The position numbers and the translations under genes were made by a program. DNA of 61,006 nt, taken from the NCBI GenBank assembly GCA_007130825.1, contig SLRT01000060.1, positions 1 to 61,006 of the forward strand. Reading direction: 5' to 3'. Under the pieces are notes generated by a model, which did no database searches, was not told where the DNA came from, and was given only the letters and a program-made list of their open reading frames with translations. Of the stretch, positions 28,946-37,716 are shown piece by piece. Each line of letters opens with the position of its first letter. Within the stretch, counting starts at the first letter, position 1. This DNA comes from Syntrophomonadaceae bacterium. GTDB lineage: Bacteria > Bacillota > Dethiobacteria > DTU022.

Positions 28946-31096
28946 TTGCAGGTTCTATTGGCTGAAAAGGCCGGTTTTTGTTCCGGCGTAAACAGAGCGA
29001 TTAACCATCTTCTGGATCAGGTTTCACAGCAGGGAGGCGGTTCGACCCTGGGTCCACTGGTCCATAATAATGAAGTTGTCGATTATCTTGAACGACATTT
29101 TATCATTTCGGTTGATCAGCCGGAAAAAGCGATGGGTTCATTTTTAGCAGTGCGCACGCATGGAGTGACCCCCGAGATGCTTAACAGGCTGTATCAGCAG
29201 GAAAATATAAACGTGATAGACTTGACCTGTCCGCGGGTCCAGAGCGTCCAAAAAAAAGCAGCCCTGTTGCGCAGCAATGGCTGCAAGATAATCATTTTTG
29301 GCAATGCCGAACATCCCGAGGTGCAGGGTTTGATAGGCTGGGCCGGAGGGGATGCTACGGTTGTTTCATCATTGAAGGAATTGGAACAACTTGAAATTAA
29401 GCCCTTTTCAGGATTAATTGCCCAGACAACCAGTGACCCCGAATTATATGAACAGGTCAAAGAAATATTTATTAAAAAGAACCCTGAAGGACGAGTCTAT
29501 AATACCCTCTGTCCGGAAACAAAACTCAGACAGGAAGAAATCGTGAATCTGGCACAACGGGTTGAAGCGCTGGTGGTGGTTGGCAGCGAATCCAGCGCTA
29601 ATACAAAAGCCCTTTATGATTGTTGCCGGCAGCTAAAACCATCCTGCCGGATAACTAATGCAAGGGAGTTGAAGCATTCTTTTTTAAGGCAATACCGGGT
29701 TATCGGCGTAACAGCCGGAGCCTCAACTCCCCCCTGGACGATTAAGGAGGTCGTGGAGAGAATGGAGAATGAGAATTTGGAAGTTAAGAATGAGGATCAG
29801 TTTAATTTTGACATGGAAGTCACGGTAGCCCAGGTAGGTGAACAGGTCAAAGGAAAAGTAGCCCGGGTTACCGAGGAAGAAGTTTATGTCGACATCGGCG
29901 CTAAAACCGAGGCTATTCTTCCGGTCACAGAAGTCCATCTTGACGAGGGGAAAGAATTAGCGGATATTTTTACCCCTGAAGACGAAGTCGAGGTGACTGT
30001 TATGGAGACAGACGATCAAGAAGGTAAAGTAGTCGTCTCGCATAAAAGGCTGGCCAGGGATAAGCGGCTGCAGGAAGTTGAGCAGGCCCAAAGTGAAGGT
30101 GAGGTTTTAGAAGGCCGGGTCAAACAGGTTGTTTCCGCCGGCCTGGTGATTGATTTAGGCTCCGGCGTTGAAGGTTTTATGCCCGGTTCCCTGGTTGATA
30201 TCAAGTATATACCTGATTTTAATGAATTTAAAGATCAACATCTCCAGTTTAGGGTCCTGGAGTTCGATCGTGAAAAGGGAAAAATAATCTTAAGCCGAAA
30301 AATAATCATGGAAGAGGAAGCTGCTCAGAAGAAAGAGGAAACCCTTAACTCAATCGAGGTCGGCTCCACTATTACCGGTACAGTAAAACGGCTGACCAAT
30401 TTTGGCGCTTTTATCGATGTGGGAGATATTGATGGACTGGTCCATATATCGGAACTATCCTGGGAAAGAGTCGGCCACCCCAGTGAAGTCTTAAAAAACG
30501 GCGATAAAGTGGAGGTAAAAGTGCTGGAGGTCACCCCGGAGAAAGAAAGGATCAGTTTAAGTATCCGGAAAACTCAACCAGATCCCTGGAGTAAAGCGCT
30601 CGATGAACTGGAAAGCGGCCAGTTAATAACCGGTAAAGTTACCCGCCTGGTTAATTTTGGTGCTTTTATAGAAATTAAACCGGGTGTGGAGGGCCTGGCC
30701 CATATTTCACAGCTGGCTGACTATCATGTTAAACATCCTTCGGAAATATTAAACGAAGGAGAAGAAACGGAAGTCAAAATACTTGAAGTAAAGCCGAAAG
30801 CAAAGCGTATCAGCCTGAGCGTGAAGGATGCCCGGGGAATTATGGCTGCTCCTGGAAACCAGGGAGACAACGAAACCGAAAACGGCAATGTCACTTTAGG
30901 AGATGTCTTCGGAAATCTTTTTAGCGACCGGGAATCTGCGTCGAACGAGATAGAACAGGCAGATACTGAATCGGCAGAAAAAGTGACTTTTGAAACAGAC
31001 GAAGAAACAGCACAAGAAGTAACGGAACAAAACGAAGCAGAAGAAGAACAGGAAACAGAATTGGGAGAAGAAAAAGAAGATCGCAGTAAAGATTAA
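28946..31096 (+). CDS. ispH: Bifunctional IspH / 30S ribosomal protein S1
   Basis: AGFC.GV.RA, VHN, RTHG, TCP.V, HPEV, AQTT, TLC..T..RQ, TAGASTP, followed by four S1 domains (FGAF.D.G..DGL.HISEL) and an acidic tail. Confidence 0.93.
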   Translation: MQVLLAEKAGFCSGVNRAINHLLDQVSQQGGGSTLGPLVHNNEVVDYLERHFIISVDQPEKAMGSFLAVRTHGVTPEMLNRLYQQENINVIDLTCPRVQSVQKKAALLRSNGCKIIIFGNAEHPEVQGLIGWAGGDATVVSSLKELEQLEIKPFSGLIAQTTSDPELYEQVKEIFIKKNPEGRVYNTLCPETKLRQEEIVNLAQRVEALVVVGSESSANTKALYDCCRQLKPSCRITNARELKHSFLRQYRVIGVTAGASTPPWTIKEVVERMENENLEVKNEDQFNFDMEVTVAQVGEQVKGKVARVTEEEVYVDIGAKTEAILPVTEVHLDEGKELADIFTPEDEVEVTVMETDDQEGKVVVSHKRLARDKRLQEVEQAQSEGEVLEGRVKQVVSAGLVIDLGSGVEGFMPGSLVDIKYIPDFNEFKDQHLQFRVLEFDREKGKIILSRKIIMEEEAAQKKEETLNSIEVGSTITGTVKRLTNFGAFIDVGDIDGLVHISELSWERVGHPSEVLKNGDKVEVKVLEVTPEKERISLSIRKTQPDPWSKALDELESGQLITGKVTRLVNFGAFIEIKPGVEGLAHISQLADYHVKHPSEILNEGEETEVKILEVKPKAKRISLSVKDARGIMAAPGNQGDNETENGNVTLGDVFGNLFSDRESASNEIEQADTESAEKVTFETDEETAQEVTEQNEAEEEQETELGEEKEDRSKD

Positions 31097-31263
31097 GCAG
31101 CCGGCGGCAAAAGGGGTTTAAATACCCGGATTGTATCGAACAGGCCGGTTTATCGGTTTAACCCGGATTTAATATTTTGGCCGGTGAATTTATCTGCTGG
31201 CGATAATTAAGTTACTGATTCCCGGATCCGTCATAATTTTAAAATAAGCCTGCAAGCTGCTGT

Positions 31264-31294
31264 AAAAGGGGCGGACTTTTCGTTCGTCCTTTTT
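31264..31294 (+). terminator. Intrinsic terminator downstream of ispH/rpsA
   Basis: AAAAGGGGCGGAC-TTTTC-GTTCGTCCTTTTT hairpin with U-tract. Confidence 0.7.
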
Positions 31295-31352
31295 CGTTAA
31301 TAAATATATGTACTGTTTAAAGCTGTAATGCGAGAAAAAAAGAGGTAAGTTT

Positions 31353-32708
31353 ATGACTGTAAAGCACGGACATTTGGTGGAAAGGGTGACAAGCGGTTCC
31401 CCGGCGGAAGCTGCCGGTATAAAAGCGGGATGGCGGCTGCTTCGAATTGATAACCAAACAATCGGTGATATTATCGATTATAAGATCTTTGAAGCCGACG
31501 AAGAACTGCGCCTGTTGATGATGAACGATCAAGGCACACTGCGCCGAATAAAGATAAAGAAACCAGCTGCAACTCCGCTGGGTATGCAGTTTGACCCTCC
31601 GACCATTTCCAGGCTGCAGCGCTGCCGGAACCGGTGTATTTTTTGTTTCATCGAGCAAAATCCACGGGGTTTACGGGCGCCTCTATATATCAAGGACGAT
31701 GACTACCGCTTATCCTTTCTTTATGGAAACTTTATTACCCTGAACCGGCTGACGGATTCTGAAATTGCCAGAATCATCAGGTTGCAGCTGAGTCCGCTTT
31801 ATGTATCGGTACAGACAACAAACCCGGAATTACGCCGGGTTATGTTCAATTCAAAACATGCTGATCGGGGCACAAATAATTTAAAACGTTTGGTTAAAGC
31901 AGGTATTCGTTTCCATGCCCAAATAGTACTCTGCCCCGGTTATAATACCGGAGCGGAAATGGAGCGGACAATCAAAGAACTGGATCTTATGGGCACGAAC
32001 ATTCTTAGTGTTGCCCTTGTACCGGTTGGACTGACCGGTTATCGTTCCTGTTTGCCTCAGCTGCAAAGGTTTGATTCATGCGGAGCTGAAAAGCTGATTG
32101 AGCGGGTGAACAATATGCAAAAAGGCTTTTTGCAAACAAGGGGCAGCCGTTTTGTTTTTGCTGCTGATGAATTTTATAACTTGGCCGGTTTGCCTTTGCC
32201 TGCGGGTAATGCATATGAAGATTTCCCCCAATTAGAAAACGGTGTCGGTTTGGCCCGGCAGTTTATGGATGAACTAGAGGAGATAGAAAACTGGCAGTTA
32301 AAAGCACTGCCCGGCAACCTTTCTGCAACAGTTGTTTCGGGACTGGCTGCTGAACCCCAGTTGAAGAAACTGGTTGCAGTGTTCGAGCAAATTAAAAAGT
32401 TAACCGTTAACCCGCTATTAGTAAAAAATCTTTTTTTCGGTGAACAGATAACAGTTAGCGGCTTACTGACCGGAAGCGATCTGCTCGCCGCCCTGGAAGG
32501 AAAAGAGCCTGGTGATGTAGTATATATACCGGCAGTATTACTTAAAGAAAATAGCAGCCTTTTCCTTGATGACCTGGCGCTTTCCGACCTTGAGCATGTA
32601 CTGCAGGTTCCTGTATGCCCGGTGAGCGGGCCGCTGGAACTTATTAAAAATATTTATGAAAAAGCCGGCCAATTAGCTTCTGATCAAAAAAGGAGACGAC
32701 CTAGTTGA
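31353..32708 (+). CDS. DUF512 family PDZ + radical-SAM-like Fe-S protein
   Basis: N-terminal PDZ (GSPA..AGI..G), CRNRCIFC, KDDDYRLSFL.GN, QLENGVG. Conserved position before der. Confidence 0.88.
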   Translation: MTVKHGHLVERVTSGSPAEAAGIKAGWRLLRIDNQTIGDIIDYKIFEADEELRLLMMNDQGTLRRIKIKKPAATPLGMQFDPPTISRLQRCRNRCIFCFIEQNPRGLRAPLYIKDDDYRLSFLYGNFITLNRLTDSEIARIIRLQLSPLYVSVQTTNPELRRVMFNSKHADRGTNNLKRLVKAGIRFHAQIVLCPGYNTGAEMERTIKELDLMGTNILSVALVPVGLTGYRSCLPQLQRFDSCGAEKLIERVNNMQKGFLQTRGSRFVFAADEFYNLAGLPLPAGNAYEDFPQLENGVGLARQFMDELEEIENWQLKALPGNLSATVVSGLAAEPQLKKLVAVFEQIKKLTVNPLLVKNLFFGEQITVSGLLTGSDLLAALEGKEPGDVVYIPAVLLKENSSLFLDDLALSDLEHVLQVPVCPVSGPLELIKNIYEKAGQLASDQKRRRPS

Positions 32709-34039
32709 GTGAAAATATAATCGCTATAGTCGGGCGACCCAACGTGGGAAAATCAACCCTGTTTAACCGGCTGACCGCTGCCCGGACTGCAATTGAAGAG
32801 AAGATGCCGGGGGTGACCCGGGATCGGTTATACGGCCTTACCGACTGGCGCGGACACAACCTGGTCATTATCGATACCGGTGGTATTACCTTTGGCAGCG
32901 AAGACCAGTTGACCACCCAGGTACAGCGCCAGGTTAACCTGGCTGTAGAAGAGGCAAATTTGATCATCTTTCTTCTTGACGGCAGGGAAGGCCTCACCGC
33001 CCTGGATAAAGAGGTTGCCGAGATGCTCAGGAAAAGTGGAAAAACTGTTATTGTGGCGGTCAATAAACTTGATGTATTTTCTATGGAAGATGATCGTTAC
33101 AATTTTTACAGCCTTGGTTTCGGCGAACCGGTGGCAATCTCTGCTTCGCATGGCCGGGGAATCGGGGAACTGCTCGACCTTGTTTATAACAACCTGGGCG
33201 GCGGCCAGGACGTCAGCAGCCCCGATTTGGAAGATCTGGTTAAGGTAGCGGTAATCGGCAGGCCAAATGTAGGCAAATCATCAATGATTAATACCCTGCT
33301 GGGCAAAGAAAGGGTGGTGGTCAGTCAACTGCCGGGAACGACGAGAGAAGCTGTAGATACCCACTTCCGGTATAAAGATCAGCCCTGCATGTTAATCGAT
33401 ACCGCCGGAATGCGGCGCAAAAGCAAAGTTAAAGACGCTGTGGAATATTACAGTGTTGTCCGTTCGCTGAAAGCTGTGCGAAGAGCTGATGTCGCCCTGC
33501 TTTTGATTGACGGTGAAAGCGGCATTACCGAGCAGGATCAGAGGCTGGCCGGTTATGTCGATCAGGAGGGAAAAGGATTGGTCCTGGTCGTTAACAAATG
33601 GGACCTGGTGCGGGACCGGGAAAATGCCCGCCAGTTATTTCTGGCGGAACTGAAGCGGAAGTTCAGCTTTGTCGCTTACGCCCCGCATATTTTTATTTCT
33701 GCCCTGAGCGGCTGGAGGTTGGATAAATTATTTCCGCTTGTCATGCAAGCCTGGCAGGAACAGCACAAACGTATTCCCACTGCGCTTTTAAACGAACTTT
33801 TGGAAGATGTGCTTGCAGTTAATCCCCCGCCGGCAGTTAAAGGTAAACGGGTTAAGATCTATTATGTGACGCAGCCGGAAGTTAAACCGCCGAAATTTGT
33901 TTTTTTTGCAAACGAACCGGAATTGATCCATTTTTCTTATCAACGTTACCTGGAAAACCGGCTGCGCGAATCGTTTAACTTTAGCGGGACTCCTATCGTT
34001 ATCAAATTCAAAAAAAGGGAAAGGAGAGGTGATAACTAG
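32705..34039 (+). CDS. der: Ribosome biogenesis GTPase Der (EngA)
   Basis: Two GRPNVGKS P-loops, DTGG/DTAG, NK.D, C-terminal KH-like domain. Confidence 0.97.
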   Translation: MSENIIAIVGRPNVGKSTLFNRLTAARTAIEEKMPGVTRDRLYGLTDWRGHNLVIIDTGGITFGSEDQLTTQVQRQVNLAVEEANLIIFLLDGREGLTALDKEVAEMLRKSGKTVIVAVNKLDVFSMEDDRYNFYSLGFGEPVAISASHGRGIGELLDLVYNNLGGGQDVSSPDLEDLVKVAVIGRPNVGKSSMINTLLGKERVVVSQLPGTTREAVDTHFRYKDQPCMLIDTAGMRRKSKVKDAVEYYSVVRSLKAVRRADVALLLIDGESGITEQDQRLAGYVDQEGKGLVLVVNKWDLVRDRENARQLFLAELKRKFSFVAYAPHIFISALSGWRLDKLFPLVMQAWQEQHKRIPTALLNELLEDVLAVNPPPAVKGKRVKIYYVTQPEVKPPKFVFFANEPELIHFSYQRYLENRLRESFNFSGTPIVIKFKKRERRGDN

Positions 34040-34626
34040 TGCCTTATCTTATTTTAATTGCAGCTTATTTGCTCGGATCGCTTCCTTTTGGTTATATCCT
34101 GACCAAAATGAGCCGGAAAACAGATATCCGGAAATATGGCAGCGGTAATATTGGAGCGACTAACGTCTTAAGGGTTTTTGGCTGGCGTGCTGCCCTGCCT
34201 GTTTTTATCCTCGACCTGGCCAAAGGGCTAATTGCTGTCCTGCTGGCCAAAGCAGTCAGTGATATTATGGCCATTTACCTGCTGGCCGGCTTTTTGGCCA
34301 TGTTCGGGCACAGCTTTCCAATCTACCTGCGGTTTAAAGGCGGAAAAGCTGTTGCCACATCTATCGGAGTGCTGAGCGCGCTTTCCGGTTGGGTTACTTT
34401 AATTGTGATTGTTTGTTTTCTTTTAATTTTATATTTTACCCGTTATGTATCACTGGGTTCAATTACTTCGATGCTTGTATTGCCCCTGCTGTTTTGGCTG
34501 CTGGGATTTGGCCTGCCTTACATATTATTCGGAATTGCCGCTGCTTTGCTGGTAATAGTCCGCCATCATGAAAATATCGGGCGCTTGTTAAAGGGAACAG
34601 AATCAAAATTCGGAAAGAAAGGTTGA
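34039..34626 (+). CDS. plsY: Acyl-phosphate:glycerol-3-phosphate acyltransferase
   Basis: YLLGS.P, DIR..GSGN.GATN..R, D..KG, GH.FP....FKGGK.VAT, RH..NI.RL..G.E. Confidence 0.95.
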   Translation: MPYLILIAAYLLGSLPFGYILTKMSRKTDIRKYGSGNIGATNVLRVFGWRAALPVFILDLAKGLIAVLLAKAVSDIMAIYLLAGFLAMFGHSFPIYLRFKGGKAVATSIGVLSALSGWVTLIVIVCFLLILYFTRYVSLGSITSMLVLPLLFWLLGFGLPYILFGIAAALLVIVRHHENIGRLLKGTESKFGKKG

Positions 34627-34632
34627 TCCGCT

Positions 34633-35835
34633 GTGATTAAAAAAGAACTGCTTGAACTTTTATTTGAAGCAGCCAGTATTCAACGCTGGAACGATCACAT
34701 CCGGCCTGAACACTTTACCGAACTGGACAAACAAGCCCATAAAATGGTTTACGCTTTTGTGCTGGCAAAAATTGAAGAAGCCGACCATGGAACCGACATT
34801 GACTGGGTGCGCCTGATTGAAGGGGGGTTATTCGAATTCCTGCACCGGATTATCCTGACCGATATTAAGCCGCCGGTTTATTATAAGCTGATGGCCGAAA
34901 AGGGAGAACAGCTCAATAGCTGGGTGATGGAAAAACTGGAAGAAAAGGTCCCCGGTTTAAGGGGTTCACGGGTCGATTTGCTTGCCAGGATGGAACAATA
35001 CTTTTCATTATCCAAACGGGCCAATCTCGAAAAAAAGATTTTACAAGCGGCCCATTACCTGGCTACAAACTGGGAGTTTAAGATTATCTACCGGCTTAAC
35101 GAGGGGCTTTTTGGCCTGGAGGAAACAAAAGCGGCTATCGCCAACCAGATTGAAGAACACTATGATTTAGCCGGAGTACAAAAGCTTTCCCTGGGCAAAA
35201 AGACCAGCAATTTTTTGGATCTGGTCGGGCAGCTGCGCTTTCAACAGCGCTGGGCGCAATCACCGCGGGTGCCTAAAACTTCAGTTATGGGCCATATGTT
35301 AATAGTGGCCATGATGAGTTATCTTTGTTCAGTTGAATTTGAAGCTTGTCCGAAAAGAGTCTATAACAACTATTTTGCCGCCCTGTTTCATGATTTGCCC
35401 GAGGTGCTGACCAGGGATATCGTTTCACCGGTCAAAAGATCCGTGGCCGGAATTGAAGAGATAATCAAGGAAATTGAGCACAGGCAGCTCGAAGAGAGGA
35501 TTTTTCCCCTGCTGCCGGTTGAATGGCATGATGAACTGCGCTACTTTACTGCAGATGAATTTACCGGCAGGATTATCGACAATGAGCAGATCAGGGCTGT
35601 CAGCTCTGAAGAAATCAGCAGGCATTACAACCATGATCGCTTTTCCCCGCTGGATGGTGAAATAATTAAGGCCTGCGACCAGCTGGCGGCATACATCGAA
35701 ACTTTTCTTTCTATTTCACACGGTATTAAATCTTACCACCTGGAAGAAGGAAACCGCCAGCTTTACAACCGTTACCGCGAACAGGTAGTGGCCGGAATAA
35801 ACTTTGGCCTGCTGTTTAGCTATTTTAAAATCTAA
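34633..35835 (+). CDS. Tandem HD/YfbR-like domain protein
   Basis: Two repeats (IQRWND...ELDKQAH...LTDIKPP; QQRWAQ...SVMGH...FHDLPE.LTRDIVSPVK...CD.L). An intact HD occurs only in the second repeat. Confidence 0.8.
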   Translation: MIKKELLELLFEAASIQRWNDHIRPEHFTELDKQAHKMVYAFVLAKIEEADHGTDIDWVRLIEGGLFEFLHRIILTDIKPPVYYKLMAEKGEQLNSWVMEKLEEKVPGLRGSRVDLLARMEQYFSLSKRANLEKKILQAAHYLATNWEFKIIYRLNEGLFGLEETKAAIANQIEEHYDLAGVQKLSLGKKTSNFLDLVGQLRFQQRWAQSPRVPKTSVMGHMLIVAMMSYLCSVEFEACPKRVYNNYFAALFHDLPEVLTRDIVSPVKRSVAGIEEIIKEIEHRQLEERIFPLLPVEWHDELRYFTADEFTGRIIDNEQIRAVSSEEISRHYNHDRFSPLDGEIIKACDQLAAYIETFLSISHGIKSYHLEEGNRQLYNRYREQVVAGINFGLLFSYFKI

Positions 35836-35866
35836 GTTGTTCTAACATAAAAAGCAAGGAACAGGG

Positions 35867-36445
35867 TTACTTTAATTTTCTGCGGCCCTGTTTGTACGCT
35901 TTATAGTCGGGGATATGCTTGATGACAATTATCGCCGCCAGGGCCAGGCCAAAAAGCGCCCAGTCCCACTGCAGGTACCGCAGATATAATACAAGCGGTA
36001 TGCTTAAAGCAGCGCTTCCAAAAGCTGTATTGATATCCCTGAGAATAACCGCTAAGATTAAAGCGGCCAGGATTACGTAGAGGATGCTCAGCGGAGAAAG
36101 GACAATAAAAACCCCCAGGGTTGTAGCCAGGCCTTTGCCGCCCTTAAACTTCAAAAAAAGACTGTAATTATGACCCAGCACCACGAGCAAACCGCATATA
36201 AATATAACCCACAGCTCGCCGCTTAATGCCGAAGCCAGAATTATTGCCAGCGCTCCTTTGCCTGTATCACATAAAATAGTTATGAATCCGGGCAGAAAAC
36301 CGGCAACCCGGTAGGCATTGATGCCCCCGACATTTCCTGAACCTGCCTTGCGGATATCGACTCTTTTGGAAAAAATACTGAACAGGTAAGCTGATGGAAA
36401 AGACCCAAGCAGATAGGCGAAACCGATGGTTAATATGTCTGTCAT
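35867..36445 (-). CDS. Second PlsY paralog
   Basis: YLLGSFP, DIR.AGSGNVG..N.YR, D.GKG, GHN.S.FL.FKGGKG.AT, KH. ATG at 36445 after AAGGAG. Confidence 0.85.
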   Translation of the reverse strand: MTDILTIGFAYLLGSFPSAYLFSIFSKRVDIRKAGSGNVGGINAYRVAGFLPGFITILCDTGKGALAIILASALSGELWVIFICGLLVVLGHNYSLFLKFKGGKGLATTLGVFIVLSPLSILYVILAALILAVILRDINTAFGSAALSIPLVLYLRYLQWDWALFGLALAAIIVIKHIPDYKAYKQGRRKLK

Positions 36446-36553
36446 TGTATGTTCTACTCCTTTATAAAAGACTTCTCTGCTGCCGGTTGGACTCCTGCTT
36501 TGAATGTGAACAGGCGTATAAATCAACGCCTAAATATTTAGGGTTTTGACTTG

Positions 36554-36582
36554 TTGACAATTTGAATGCCTTGGATTAGAAT
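36554..36582 (+). promoter_or_regulatory. SigA promoter for tRNA-Pro
   Basis: TTGACA-17 nt-TAGAAT. Confidence 0.75.
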
Positions 36583-36612
36583 GATGTAAGAATTAAAAAG
36601 CTTAATTAACAT

Positions 36613-36689
36613 CGGGGCGTAGCGCAGTTTGGTAGCGCGCTTGACTGGGGGTCAAGAGGTCGAAGGTTCAAATCCTTTCGCTCCGACCA
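36613..36689 (+). tRNA. tRNA-Pro (anticodon GGG)
   Basis: Acceptor CGGGGCG/CGCTCCG, anticodon stem CTTGA/TCAAG with loop CT-GGG-GG, GGTTCAAATCC T-arm, encoded CCA. Confidence 0.97.
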
Positions 36690-36777
36690 TTTTTTTGTAA
36701 AGGAATAATCAGGGAGGTGGTGCCGGGAAAACACAGGGAATTAAATTGATTGAGAAAGGAAGGGATGTGCCAGGTTT

Positions 36778-37572
36778 ATGAAAAAAAAATTAATAATAGG
36801 CATCGCACTGACCGTAGCATTTATGTTTATCCTTGCCCTGCCTGTTACAGCCGCTGATTATAAACATACCCGGACCAGTTTCAGGTATATAGGAGATATC
36901 TTCCATGAAAAAGATATTGAGTATTTTGGCGGGACAGGCACTTTTTTTGTGCAGGGATTTGGAGAAGCCAGTGGCAGCCATCATGCTCATACAGTACGGT
37001 ATCCCGACGGTGACAGCAAGATTAATGTCAATATGAATATGCGCGGGCAAACCGATGCTGATTACGCCGAGATCATCGCCCGGGAAGAAGCAGATATTTT
37101 AGCCCATGTTCAAGAAAGGCGCGAACAGGCAATTGCTGCCCTGAACGCACGAAAAGAAACTTCGCCGGGAATGACCGGGGAAGAATATGCTGCTGAGTTG
37201 AGAGAAATCAACGCTTACTTTGATGAACTGGTTGCTGAAATCATCGAAAGCTACAGTGAAGCAAAAAAGAATGTGCGAATTCTAAACTCAAATACATTGC
37301 GAGATAATAGAGCAGCAGTCAGAGTCGGCGTGGACATGGATCCCGGCGAAAGCGGTTTTATCAGGCAAAGAGTTGCTTCTTACAGTGGTTCCGATCGGTA
37401 CCTCAATATCAGAAGCCATTTTGAGAATACCGGCGGTACTACCAAGCGTGATCTGTCAATTGATGGTTTTGTCAGTGAAAGAATGCACGTAGAAGGATAT
37501 GCGAAAGTCTGGGAATCTTCTACGGTGCAAGAGGGAAATACTAAAACCGGTTGGTGGGATCACAAACCTTAA
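36778..37572 (+). CDS. Hypothetical secreted protein
   Basis: Signal peptide MKKKLIIGIALTVAFMFILALPVTA-A, upstream GAAGGGA, followed by a terminator. No family recognised. Confidence 0.75.
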   Translation: MKKKLIIGIALTVAFMFILALPVTAADYKHTRTSFRYIGDIFHEKDIEYFGGTGTFFVQGFGEASGSHHAHTVRYPDGDSKINVNMNMRGQTDADYAEIIAREEADILAHVQERREQAIAALNARKETSPGMTGEEYAAELREINAYFDELVAEIIESYSEAKKNVRILNSNTLRDNRAAVRVGVDMDPGESGFIRQRVASYSGSDRYLNIRSHFENTGGTTKRDLSIDGFVSERMHVEGYAKVWESSTVQEGNTKTGWWDHKP

Positions 37573-37596
37573 ATAAAATTTCATAGTTATTTTTAT

Positions 37597-37643
37597 AAAG
37601 AAGAGGCCGCAGGTTAAATAATACCGGGGTCTCTTCTTTTTTT
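37597..37643 (+). terminator. Intrinsic terminator after the secreted protein gene
   Basis: AAAGAAGAGGCC...GGTCTCTTCTTTTTTT. Confidence 0.6.
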
Positions 37644-37670
37644 GACATGAAAATTTATACTGAGTATAAT
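37642..37670 (+). promoter_or_regulatory. Consensus SigA promoter for eam
   Basis: TTGACA-17 nt-TATAAT, a perfect consensus. Confidence 0.85.
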
Positions 37671-37716
37671 ATACACGCTGGCTGATAAATAAAATTTTGA
37701 GAGGTGTCGCATTATA

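Noticed and set aside
31097-31262. 6S RNA
   Set aside because: Only short terminal complementarity; no convincing long rod with a central bubble and no dedicated promoter.
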